64,000 nt of DNA, from the NCBI RefSeq assembly GCF_054482595.1, contig NZ_CM137008.1; one strand, 5' to 3'. The notes beneath the pieces were generated by a model. The model was not told the DNA's origin. It saw nothing but the letters and a program-made list of their open reading frames with translations, and did not search any database. Made by a program: the position numbers and the translations under genes. Of this stretch, positions 10,642-19,933 are shown one piece after another (the first letter of the stretch is position 1; every line of letters starts with the position of its first letter).

Positions 10642-10692
10642 ACTGTAGCAGTGTTGTATCTCGTATAAACAGGGAACTAAATATGCTGTTAA

Positions 10693-11574
10693 TCATGGGG
10701 CAGCATCATTAGGAGGGTATACATTGACCGATGTACTTACACGATGAAACTCTAGTATGTTGCCAGTATGGTGACCAGGGATAGCTTCAAACACCCCAAG
10801 AAATCGGTACAGTGTCCTGTTCAACTCATCACGAGAATGTGCCATAACAATTCGTTTATCCCAGCGTTCTGTGTATCCCTCATCATCCTTTATATTCCGC
10901 TCTATGATTTTGTTACCATCATCAGTCAATTCATTTCCCCAATCTGAATTTCCATATAGTTTTGGAAACCAAACCATGCATTTTCCTGATAGACCCATTG
11001 CTTCACTTATGTGAGAAGGAATGCTCCAACCGCCAGACTGATGATGTCCTTTGTTGTAACCGAAACAGTTCAAAGCATCCCGGTGGTATCTGAAGACGGC
11101 ATCTGGACCTACAGATATCCTTCCTGCCTTAAGATGAGGACGAGCTGTATATTTATTATCATAATCCCATTCTTTGAATTTTTTATCTTTAATCATTCTA
11201 TTTTTACGATTGCGTATCAACTCAATAAATTCATTGATATAACGATCGAAAATTTCAAGACTTATTTCGCTGGCGGGAATTCTTTTCTCTAAAAATCCTG
11301 TAACTTCAGTAATATCCATACGACGTTTCGCATCATCTATTTGTGATTGCTCACTGTTGTGATGCCCTTCATCAATTTCAAGATAAAGTTCCAGTTGTGG
11401 GAAAAATAAATCTGCCAAATAGATTTTTCCATTTTCTTTTCTGACACATTGCTGGCAGACAAATTCAATGTCGGGATCATTTAAAAGATGATAAATGCGA
11501 GTTACTGCATAATGTTCCCATCGTTTTTTTGAGGTTTTCGTAAGTGAACGTAGGATGTAATCAGTTTTATCCAT
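10693..11574 (-). CDS. Hypothetical protein, 293 aa, AT-rich, inside the satellite-like island
   Basis: Clean ORF; ELYLEIDEGHH and C-terminal KRIVMAH (Rx4H-like) motifs noted but no confident family assignment. Confidence 0.55.
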   Translation of the reverse strand: MDKTDYILRSLTKTSKKRWEHYAVTRIYHLLNDPDIEFVCQQCVRKENGKIYLADLFFPQLELYLEIDEGHHNSEQSQIDDAKRRMDITEVTGFLEKRIPASEISLEIFDRYINEFIELIRNRKNRMIKDKKFKEWDYDNKYTARPHLKAGRISVGPDAVFRYHRDALNCFGYNKGHHQSGGWSIPSHISEAMGLSGKCMVWFPKLYGNSDWGNELTDDGNKIIERNIKDDEGYTERWDKRIVMAHSRDELNRTLYRFLGVFEAIPGHHTGNILEFHRVSTSVNVYPPNDAAP

Positions 11575-11845
11575 TTATATGCCTTCCTTCTTTGTTCTTC
11601 ATGTAATGTGCTTTTTCTTATGGCGATAGTGTTACCTATCGCCATAAGATGCGTTAGTATTTTTTTAATCTAACTGTTTATACTGTTAACTTCGATGATT
11701 TTCTATTTTATATCATGTGGTTAAGCGGTGGTGAGTTGGTGAGGAGTGAAAAGTCGAATCTTCCCCTTTGTGATTTTTGCTCGTTCTGGATCTGCCCGGT
11801 CAGGCGATGTGGTGGGGGGGGGTAAAAAGTTTTTTTAGGTTTTAC

Positions 11846-11937
11846 TGTTCACACTGTTCACCTCTGGTTTTTTATTAATAATTTCATGGTGATACAGGGT
11901 GAAGATACGGTGAAGGGTGAACAGTGGATTGTTCACC
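11846..11937. repeat. Iteron cluster of TGTTCACC octamers in both orientations (P4 ori/crr-like alpha-binding repeats)
   Basis: Full octamers or close variants at 11846-11853, 11855-11862, 11916-11923 (GGTGAACA) and 11930-11937, plus partial GGTGAAG copies at about 11898 and 11909; the last two form a palindrome GGTGAACAgtggatTGTTCACC. Confidence 0.6.
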
Positions 11938-11989
11938 TTGTGGCAATGGCCAGAAAGGAAAAGACCGGCTGTTGCCGGTCTGAGTGAGG

Positions 11990-12565
11990 TTATGTTGCTA
12001 CGGGTTCGTCGCATTTCGGTAGCCAGTCGCCGTAGCTTTCCTCTTTCAGCGACAGATTGGTTTGTATCCCCTGCTTAGTGTGCCGCTTCTCATAATTCAG
12101 GCCGTACTCTTTCAGCATCATGGGCAGCCCCAGCCCGAACATTTTCAGGCTGAGTACGTTCCTATACCCGTTAGCCTCCATATAGGCCAGATACGCGTGA
12201 TAGAGATATTTACGATAATTACGCGGGATGATGCTGGCATTCCCCATAAACATCCCGTTGGTCTGCGGGAGCATTTCCAGATAGCCGCAAAAATCAAACG
12301 TAGGGTCAGCATCGCGCTTGATGCTGAGCGCCTCGTCGGAATTCTGCTGTGACTGGAGCAGTGCGCAGGCTGCCATCGGGTCGCTGAACTTCTGCATGAG
12401 CTGGCGCACAATCACGGCCAGCTCGCGCGCAATTTTATCCCTGAGCTGCGGGTCGCGTTCCTCCGGCGCAATTTGCTCCGGGAAGTGAATAATCACCCGG
12501 CGACGTGACACACCACCGCTGCGGTCGGTGAAGCGCATGGGGTTATTGTTCACTGCCAGAATCAC
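11990..12565 (-). pseudogene. Truncated primase/helicase (P4 alpha-like, D5/SF3 family) C-terminal remnant
   Basis: Frame stays open upstream to about 12670 without a start codon (…LKAITGGDAVSVDPKYQNPYSTHIPAVILAVNNNPMRFTDRSGGVSRRRVIIHF…); far shorter than an intact alpha (~770 aa). Confidence 0.5.
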
Positions 12566-12722
12566 CGCCGGAATGTGTGTTGAGTACGGGTTCTGGTATT
12601 TCGGGTCAACCGAGACCGCATCGCCGCCGGTGATGGCCTTAAGCCCTGCGCCGTCACCGCCGCCGCGTAAAGTACAGGGCTGCTACAGCTCGCCGTTCCG
12701 GCATTAATCAGGAGAGAGACTC

Positions 12723-13289
12723 GTGACCACTGTGACCATACAGCAGGCCTTTGAGGCCTGTCAGACGAACAAAAATACCTGGCTGAAACGTAAAGCCGAA
12801 CTGGCAGACCTTGAACGGGAATACCGTGAACAGCTCCTTGCCGGTGACGAACAAATCCCGCGCAGAATGCAGGATTTGCGCGACAATTTCGACGTGAAAA
12901 AATGGGAGATTAATCAGGCCGCCGGTCGTTATATCCGCTCACATGAGGAAGTGCAGCACATCAGCATCCGCAACCGGCTCCATGACTTTATGCAGTAGCA
13001 CGGCGCGGAGCTGGCCGCCACGCTGGCACCTGAGCTGATGGGGTATAACGAACAGCTTCCCGCAGTAAAACAGAGCGCCATGCAGCACTCGGTTGATTAT
13101 CTGCGTGAAGCCCTGTCGGTATGGCTGGCTGCAGGTGAAAAAATTAATTATTCCGCGCAGGACAGCGATATTTTAACGGCCATCGGATTCAGGCCTGATG
13201 CGGCCTCGCGGGATGATAATCGCCAGAAATTCACCCCGGCACAGAACCTGATTTACACCCGCCGACGTGCAGAACTGGCCGCACGGTAG
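12723..13289 (+). pseudogene. psu: psu-like (P4 polarity suppression protein) gene with one in-frame TAG at 12999..13001
   Basis: ORFs 12723..12998 and 13038..13289 are in the same frame separated by a single amber; N-terminus MTTVTIQQAFEACQTNKNTW resembles recalled P4 Psu; combined length 188 codons. Confidence 0.55.
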
Positions 13290-13690
13290 CACGCAAAAAA
13301 ATCCGCAAAATTCCGCTATTTTTTCCGAAAAAAGCCATGCATCCATAAGGTGCATGGTTTTTCATGCAAATCCCCGTATTTTATTTTCCTCACCGCGCCA
13401 GTACCGGCGCGGCCTGAGCCGGTTCATGCACCTGCATTAAAAGCGACCTCTTAAGCGGGCAGGCGTGGCGGGGAGAGCATTGCGCGCGGAGTGGGTGTTT
13501 TATTTTTTGTATGTCACATAAACTTAAGGTATGCAGTACGTAGCTAGTTTCACTAATACTGGGACGAAAAGAATGGTGCGTTTGTAAAAATGTATTTTAA
13601 TTTTTGGATTGTGATACAGAGTAAATTTCATTTAATTTTGTATTTTAATTGCGGTAAGCTATAACAAACTTGAAAAGGAATTATAATCAC

Positions 13691-15352
13691 ATGAGGTATG
13701 TTGAAAATATGAAAATTCTAGTAACTGCACCTTCAAGAAAAAATCACCCAAAAAATAATGTATTGTATGATTTTATATTGCAACAAGATGATTGGAATGA
13801 TTTTAGTTTTATCACTAAGTATCATTTATACATTACAACGAAACTTACTGGTCTTGATGAAATAGAGTATGCTGGGGTTGTTAAAATTATAAAAAAAGAT
13901 CAGTCTGAAGCTGATTACTACATGGTTGAAGAAGGCGAGTTTTCATATTTGAGTGACGAGTTTTGTTCTGTGGGACAATCTCTTGATTATTATGGGAGGC
14001 TCTCTGAATTGGGGAGTGAAATTTGTGAGGGGATATTGACATCATTACGCGACATTAATATGTTTGATTATGTTTCTGAGGGTTTCAAAAATGAAAGAGC
14101 TTGGGAACGTTCTATCATGAGAGACTTAAATAATGATGATGATATTTTTATTCTTCCAAAGTTTATAATAAAAAATCAGTTCTCGGCTATACCTAGTATA
14201 GACATGAAGTTTTCATTTATGTATTCAGGAATGATTAATACTCTTTCGTTTGATTTCGATTCAATACAATATGGATATTTTGAAAGTGAAAAACTACCAT
14301 GTAGAATGTCCGTAATTGTAGGCCGGAACGGTTGTGGGAAGAGTACAACATTGGCAAGACTTTCTAGGGTTGCTTATTCTTCAACTCAGGACAGAAAAAA
14401 AGAACAGATAGCCAAAATTGGTGAAATTCTTCCAGAGGGATTAGGTTTTCCGAAAATAATCAACCTTTCATACAGTGCTTTTGATAGTTTTCAAATACCC
14501 GGGTGTACTTTTAAAGAAAAGAAACAGCTAAGGCAAGACATACTTGATGGGAAAGGTAGGTATATATATTGCGGAGTCAGGGATGTTGGTGCTGAATTGG
14601 ATTATGTATTGGCTAATGTAGATGAAAACAATATGGATATAGAGTTTATTACATTAGATAGGCAAGAGAGAACCATATTAAAACCTCTTGAAGTACTTAG
14701 TGAAGAGTTTTATGGTGTCTTGATAAAAATACATAAAGATAGTGATAAGTGGAATTTGTTTAATAAAGTGATGATGAAGTTGAGAGAAGAGGTTTCATTA
14801 TCTGAAATTATTGATGAAATCTTTAAAGATGATTTTATTCTTAAATCTAAAGAATATTTTCATAGGTTGAGTACAGGGCATAAATTTGTTTTGCATTCGA
14901 TGGCGCATATTTTGTTGTATATTGAAAAAAGATGCCTTGTTTTATTTGATGAGCCTGAAACTCATTTGCACCCGCCATTGCTTGCGGTTTTAATGAGCGC
15001 TCTGAGAATTGTTTTGAACGAAGTCGATGCTTTTGCTATTGTTGCTACTCATTCACCTGTGGTAGTACAAGAAACATTAAGTAAAAATGTTAATGTTATA
15101 ACTAGAAATGGGGAGTTTACTGATTTTCAACGACCTGAAATTGAAACTTTTGGTGAGAATATTGGAGCAATAACATCATCAGTATTTTCATTAACGACTC
15201 AAATAACTGATTATCATGATGAATTAGACAAGCTAATAATAGAATATAAAAATAATAATAATCCATTAGATGACATTGAAAAATGTTTTGATACAGGTCT
15301 TAGTACACAAGCAAGGTCTTATGTAATATCTAAATTAGCGGTAAAAGGATAA
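13691..15352 (+). CDS. ABC-type (AAA_15/AAA_21-like, SMC/RecF/OLD superfamily) ATPase with ~190-aa N-terminal extension; PtuA-like candidate defence ATPase
   Basis: Walker A VGRNGCGKST, signature-like LSTGHK, Walker B LVLFDEPETHLHP, H-loop ATHSP. AAAGGAA SD before ATG 13691; alternative starts TTG 13670 and ATG 13709. Strongly AT-rich. Confidence 0.8.
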   Translation: MRYVENMKILVTAPSRKNHPKNNVLYDFILQQDDWNDFSFITKYHLYITTKLTGLDEIEYAGVVKIIKKDQSEADYYMVEEGEFSYLSDEFCSVGQSLDYYGRLSELGSEICEGILTSLRDINMFDYVSEGFKNERAWERSIMRDLNNDDDIFILPKFIIKNQFSAIPSIDMKFSFMYSGMINTLSFDFDSIQYGYFESEKLPCRMSVIVGRNGCGKSTTLARLSRVAYSSTQDRKKEQIAKIGEILPEGLGFPKIINLSYSAFDSFQIPGCTFKEKKQLRQDILDGKGRYIYCGVRDVGAELDYVLANVDENNMDIEFITLDRQERTILKPLEVLSEEFYGVLIKIHKDSDKWNLFNKVMMKLREEVSLSEIIDEIFKDDFILKSKEYFHRLSTGHKFVLHSMAHILLYIEKRCLVLFDEPETHLHPPLLAVLMSALRIVLNEVDAFAIVATHSPVVVQETLSKNVNVITRNGEFTDFQRPEIETFGENIGAITSSVFSLTTQITDYHDELDKLIIEYKNNNNPLDDIEKCFDTGLSTQARSYVISKLAVKG

Positions 15353-15357
15353 TACAT

Positions 15358-16203
15358 ATGTGGACACTACCTTTACCAGATGATGCGGATAGAATGAGCG
15401 AGTTATTAACCGCTTTAACGTATAAAAATGGAAATCCTAAGTATGCTTTAACACAAGATGAAAAGGATAAAATTGAAACTATTTATACTTTATATCACGA
15501 TCGTAAAGCAACTCCCTGTGCTGAATTTTTAGCAGAGGAAATAAGTGATGAAACCCAAAATGCTATAAAAACAGCTTATTCAGAAGTGCAAATAAATGGA
15601 CGGCTTTCAACCCTTCGCTCAAGGATTTTATTAAGTTCTAAAAAATGCCCATTATGTGGGATCGAATCATCAACCGACCTAGATCATTATCTTCCCGAAT
15701 CAATATATAAATGTCTCGCAGTATATTCAAGAAACCTGATACCGACCTGTCATAAGTGCAATAATAAAAAAAGAGCTGGTGTAGCAGAAAATGGAGTTGG
15801 ATTTATTCATGTGTATTATTTTGATGAGCCCGATGGTGTATTTTTCGTTGCCAATACTGAAATGATAGATGGTGCTTTAGTAATTGATTTTAATATCAAT
15901 ATGATCGAGGGTATGACTCGAGAGGTATATGATTCATTATGCTTTCAAAATAGAGTTGTTAACCTAAATGAAAGGTTAAAGATGGAAGCGAATGATTTTT
16001 TAGGGGGGCTCTATACTTCACTTGAAGAAACATATAATTCTGCAGGCCAAGAAGGATTAAGATTATTTCTAAAAAGAACTAGGGATGACTATACCAGACG
16101 TTATGGGCTTAATCATTGGAGAAGAGCATTGATAGATAGTCTATCCGATAATGTGGAGTTCCTTGACGCTGGTTTTATTACTGCCTTAGGAACTCCAGAG
16201 TGA
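15358..16203 (+). CDS. HNH endonuclease-fold protein, 281 aa; PtuB-like candidate defence nuclease
   Basis: HNH motif KKCPLCG…DLDHYLPES…N…CHKCNNKK; starts 5 nt after the ATPase stop with AAAGGA SD (translational coupling); ends 2 nt before the convergent integrase. Confidence 0.8.
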   Translation: MWTLPLPDDADRMSELLTALTYKNGNPKYALTQDEKDKIETIYTLYHDRKATPCAEFLAEEISDETQNAIKTAYSEVQINGRLSTLRSRILLSSKKCPLCGIESSTDLDHYLPESIYKCLAVYSRNLIPTCHKCNNKKRAGVAENGVGFIHVYYFDEPDGVFFVANTEMIDGALVIDFNINMIEGMTREVYDSLCFQNRVVNLNERLKMEANDFLGGLYTSLEETYNSAGQEGLRLFLKRTRDDYTRRYGLNHWRRALIDSLSDNVEFLDAGFITALGTPE

Positions 16204-16205
16204 GT

Positions 16206-17399
16206 TTACTGGTGGGGATGAATATGTCGTCCCCACCAATTCATCAATTCAATTCTTGCGTGTAAATATGTTGAGCGATTGTAGGCTTTTCGTACTTCAT
16301 TTCTATCTGAATGAGCAAGAGCAGCCTCAATTACATCAGCATTAAAACCGGCTTCATTCATTGCCGTACTTGCAATCGAACGTAAACCATGTGCAACCAA
16401 TTTCCCACCATAACCTATTCGCTTAAGTGCAGCATTGGCAGTTTGGCTATTCATAGGTTGTTTTGGATTATTTCTGCTGGGAAAAACATGTTCTCGATGT
16501 GCACTAATAGGTTTCATCACATCCAGAATTTCTAATGCTTGTGGTGATAAAGGAACAATGTGTTCACGCTTAGCCTTCATTCGTTCGGCGGGAATCGTCC
16601 AGAGTTTGGCATTGAGATCGATCTCTACCCACCGAGCACCAGAAGCCTCAGAAGGGCGCACTAGGGTCAGAAGCTGCCATTCAATAAGACAGCGAGTCGG
16701 AACAGACAGATTCGACATGACCAGGGAACGCATAAGCTTAGGTAATTCTTCTGGCCGTAGCGTGGGCATATTTTGCTTTTTGGGTTTCTCAAAAGCCATT
16801 CCTACACCCGAAGCCGGGTTGGCATCTATCAGACCGGTATTAACCGCATAAATCATTATTTCGTTAATACGCTGAACTAGGCGACGAACCGTCTCTAATG
16901 CGCCACGTGCTTTGATTGGCTCCAATGCTTCAACAATCGTTCTGGCCTTTATATCCTGAACGGGCATCGCACCGATTGCCGGGAACACGTCTTTATCCAA
17001 AGAACGCCAAATATCCTTTGCATAATCCTCTGTGACACTTCTGCTTTTAATCTGGAACCAGTTAGCGGCCACAGTTGAGAAAATGCTGTCTAACTCAATC
17101 TGGCGTTGTGCTGACGCTTGCTCCTGTTGCTGTTGTGGATCCATGCCTTGCGCGAGCGTGGTTAAGTGCTGGTCGCGTATCTGACGAGCTGCTGCGAGTG
17201 TAAGGGCAGGGTATGAGCCGAGACTCAAATTTGTGCGGCTGCTGCTTCCCGGTCGTTGATAACGGAAGCGTCAGAGTTTTTTACCGGAGGTTTTGACGAG
17301 TAAGAACAGGCCATCACCATCATGCAGGGTGAAGTCTTTTTCGCGGGGTTTCGCTTTGAGGATTTCGTTGTTAGTGAGGGGGCGTGTAATGCGCGCCAT
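16206..17399 (-). pseudogene. intA: P4-family tyrosine integrase (intA-like) interrupted by an in-frame TGA after codon 42
   Basis: N-terminus MARITRPLTNNEILKAKPREKDFTLHDGDGLFLLVKTSGKKL, then TGA (complement 17271..17273), then the same frame continues RFRYQRPGSSSRTNLSLGSYPALT… into the 340-aa ORF. Confidence 0.8.
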
Positions 17400-17449
17400 G
17401 TCTGGATCCCTTCCATAATTGGTACACGTTTAATGGACCACAGTATAGC

Positions 17450-17477
17450 GTGTACCTAAACGTGTACCAATTTTCTC
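17450..17477. repeat. 28-bp direct repeat, right copy (between integrase and ssrA)
   Basis: Identical to 10614..10641. Confidence 0.8.
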
Positions 17478-17513
17478 TGGATTTAGCCGGATGTTCTCGG
17501 ACAACGACAGACA

Positions 17514-17549
17514 CAAAAAAGCCCGCAGGGCTTGTGCCGTGCGGGCTTT
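17514..17549 (-). terminator. Rho-independent terminator downstream of ssrA
   Basis: Minus-strand GCCCGC…GCGGGC stem followed by TTTTTT. Confidence 0.7.
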
Positions 17550-17582
17550 CTGTACTTCACCGGACGTATCCGGATCATCATT

Positions 17583-17945
17583 TGGTGGAGCTGGCGGGAG
17601 TTGAACCCGCGTCCGAAATTCCTACGTCCTCGGTACTACATGCTTAGTCAGTCTTTACATTCGCTTGCCAGCTGCGGACGGACACGCCACTAACAAACTA
17701 GCCTGATTAAGTTTTAACGCTTCAACCCCAGGCAGGGCCTCCACGCGATCTCTTTTGGGTTTGACCTCTCTTGATCCCCGTCCTAAGAGCGGAGGCTAGG
17801 GAGAGAGGGCTCTAAGCAGGTTATTAAGCTGCTAAAGCGTAGTTTTCGTCGTTTGCGACTATTTTTTGCGGCTTTTTACGAGGCCAACCGCCCCTCGGCA
17901 TGCACCTTGGGTTTCGCAAATCCCGTCGAATCCAGAATCAGCCCC
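17583..17945 (-). ncRNA. ssrA: tmRNA (SsrA), 363 nt
   Basis: Reverse complement begins GGGGCTGATTCTGGATTCGACGGG and ends …GGTTCAACTCCCGCCAGCTCCACCA, with the tag-coding region between. Confidence 0.95.
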
Positions 17946-18159
17946 AATGTGTAAAGGTAAGTATACCAGATTTATGAGCGCCATGACCAGCCTCAATGGC
18001 GTTATCGTTAAAGATTTAGCGACCATGTAGCCTGATTTTTATTCGATTTAGCAATGGGATGGCAACATTTTCGTCGGATGTGATAGCCAATAAGATGTTC
18101 ATTCGCGCCGCCGGAGAGGGAGGCGCGGTGAGGAACTGGTCAATAATTGGAGTGCAGGT

Positions 18160-18642
18160 TTAACGGTGAGCGTTTTTCATGATACGCGCTTTATCCACCT
18201 GCCATTCGCGTTCTTTGATATCTGAACGTTTATCGTGCTGTTTCTTACCTTTGGCGACGCCGATTTTCACTTTGCACCAGGCATTTTTCCAGTACAGGGA
18301 GAGCGCCACTACGGTATAGCCTTCTCGATTGACGCGACCGTACAATGAGTCCAGTTCGCGCTGGTTGAGAAGTAACTTGCGGGTACGGGTAGGATCGCAC
18401 ACCACATGCGTGGAGGCCACGGCCATTGGCGTGATGTTAGCGCCAAACAGAAATGCCTCTCCGTCACGCAGAAGGACGTAGCTGTCGCTGATATTGGCTT
18501 TTCCTGCGCGCAGGGATTTAACCTCCCAGCCTTGCAGGGCAAGTCCCGCTTCGAACTCTTCTTCGATAAAGTATTCGTGACGGGCGCGCTTGTTAAGCGC
18601 GATGGTCGCTGAACCAGGTTTATGTGCTTTTTTCTTCGTCAT
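18160..18642 (-). CDS. smpB: SsrA-binding protein SmpB
   Basis: 160-aa product [29 protein letters not shown]…; adjacent to ssrA. Confidence 0.95.
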
Positions 18643-18773
18643 AAGCGTCGTGAATCATCGGTAATCTGAAATCGAAAACACCCCATATCAATCCTGCGGG
18701 GGACAAGGCTCTATCTTAGCATGAACCCGATGTTACCCAGCGCCGGGATAGCGTTTTTTTTACAGCAGGATAA

Positions 18774-19250
18774 ATGATATTATTTGTTGGATTTTTGTTG
18801 ATGGAAATTGTTATGCCTCAGATTAGCCGGACCGCACTGGTACCCTACAGCGCGGAGCAAATGTATCAGTTAGTGAATGACGTTCAGTCTTATCCTCAGT
18901 TTTTGCCGGGTTGTACCGGAAGTCGGATTCTGGAGTCCACTCCTGGGCAGATGACTGCGGCGGTAGATGTCTCTAAGGCTGGGATCAGCAAAACGTTTAC
19001 TACCCGCAACCAGTTGACCAGTAACCAAAGTATTCTTATGAATCTGGTGGATGGGCCGTTCAAGAAATTGATTGGTGGATGGAAGTTTACGCCGCTGAGC
19101 CAGGAGGCGTGTCGTATCGAGTTTCATCTCGACTTTGAGTTTACCAATAAGTTGATTGAACTCGCTTTTGGTCGCGTGTTTAAAGAGCTGGCGTCTAATA
19201 TGGTCCAGGCTTTTACGGTTCGTGCGAAAGAGGTTTACAGTGCCAGGTAA
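18774..19250 (+). CDS. ratA: Ribosome association toxin RatA (SRPBCC fold)
   Basis: 158-aa product; position between smpB and ratB/bamE. Confidence 0.85.
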   Translation: MILFVGFLLMEIVMPQISRTALVPYSAEQMYQLVNDVQSYPQFLPGCTGSRILESTPGQMTAAVDVSKAGISKTFTTRNQLTSNQSILMNLVDGPFKKLIGGWKFTPLSQEACRIEFHLDFEFTNKLIELAFGRVFKELASNMVQAFTVRAKEVYSAR

Positions 19251-19530
19251 AATTGCCGTTGAGGTGGCTTATGCGCTACCTGAGAAGCAGTACCTGCAGC
19301 GCGTGACGCTGCAGGAGGGCGCGACGGTTGAAGAAGCTATTCGCGCCAGTGGCTTGCTGGAGTTGCGTACCGATATCGATTTAACTAAAAACAAAGTCGG
19401 CATTTACAGCCGTCCGGCAAAACTAAGCGATAGTGTGCATGATGGCGATCGGGTGGAGATTTATCGCCCTCTCATTGCCGATCCGAAAGAGCTTCGCAGG
19501 CAACGAGCAGAAAAATCAGCGAATAAATAA
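19240..19530 (+). CDS. ratB: RatB (YfjF), 96 aa, GTG start overlapping the ratA 3' end
   Basis: In-frame GTG at 19240 gives 96 codons ([16 protein letters not shown]…); ORF-track ORF is longer at the N-terminus. Confidence 0.75.
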
Positions 19531-19536
19531 CAGACA

Positions 19537-19566
19537 GAAAAAAGGTGCTCATTGAGCACCTTTTTT
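19537..19566. terminator. Bidirectional hairpin terminator between ratB and bamE
   Basis: AAAAAAGGTGCTCattgaGCACCTTTTTT. Confidence 0.7.
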
Positions 19567-19591
19567 AACGTCTTTGAGAGCAACTTTATTA

Positions 19592-19933
19592 TTAGTTACC
19601 ACTCAGCGCAGGTTTGTTATCAATATTGGTCAACACACCGCTACTGTTAAAGGTTAGCGTCAGCGTTTGCTGCGTTACACCTTCATGACCTGGTTGCTGG
19701 CGGAAGACATAGAACCAGGTATTCGTACCAAATGGATCGGACATCAGCGGTGTACCCAATGCGTACGCAACTTGTTGTTGCGTCATGCCAACACGTATTT
19801 TGGATACGTCGTTAGCGGTCAGATAGTTCCCCTGGTTGATGTCAGGACGGTAAACCACTCGCTCCAGAGTGGAACAGCCTGCGGTCAACATCAATAGTAC
19901 TGCTGCTGCAGCAGTCAGCGTTTTACAGCGCAT
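19592..19933 (-). CDS. bamE: Outer membrane protein assembly factor BamE (SmpA)
   Basis: 113-aa lipoprotein with lipobox LTAGC. Confidence 0.9.

Noticed and set aside
13290-13669. Possible promoter for the ATPase/HNH cassette in the AT-rich upstream region
   Set aside because: Several weak -35/-10-like hexamers exist but none has convincing spacing; AT-richness makes chance matches likely, so no promoter was called.
17225-17416. 63-aa minus-strand ORF upstream of the integrase ORF
   Set aside because: It is an out-of-frame shadow over the integrase 5' region; the real N-terminal integrase frame (MARITRPLT…) is a different frame ending at the in-frame TGA.
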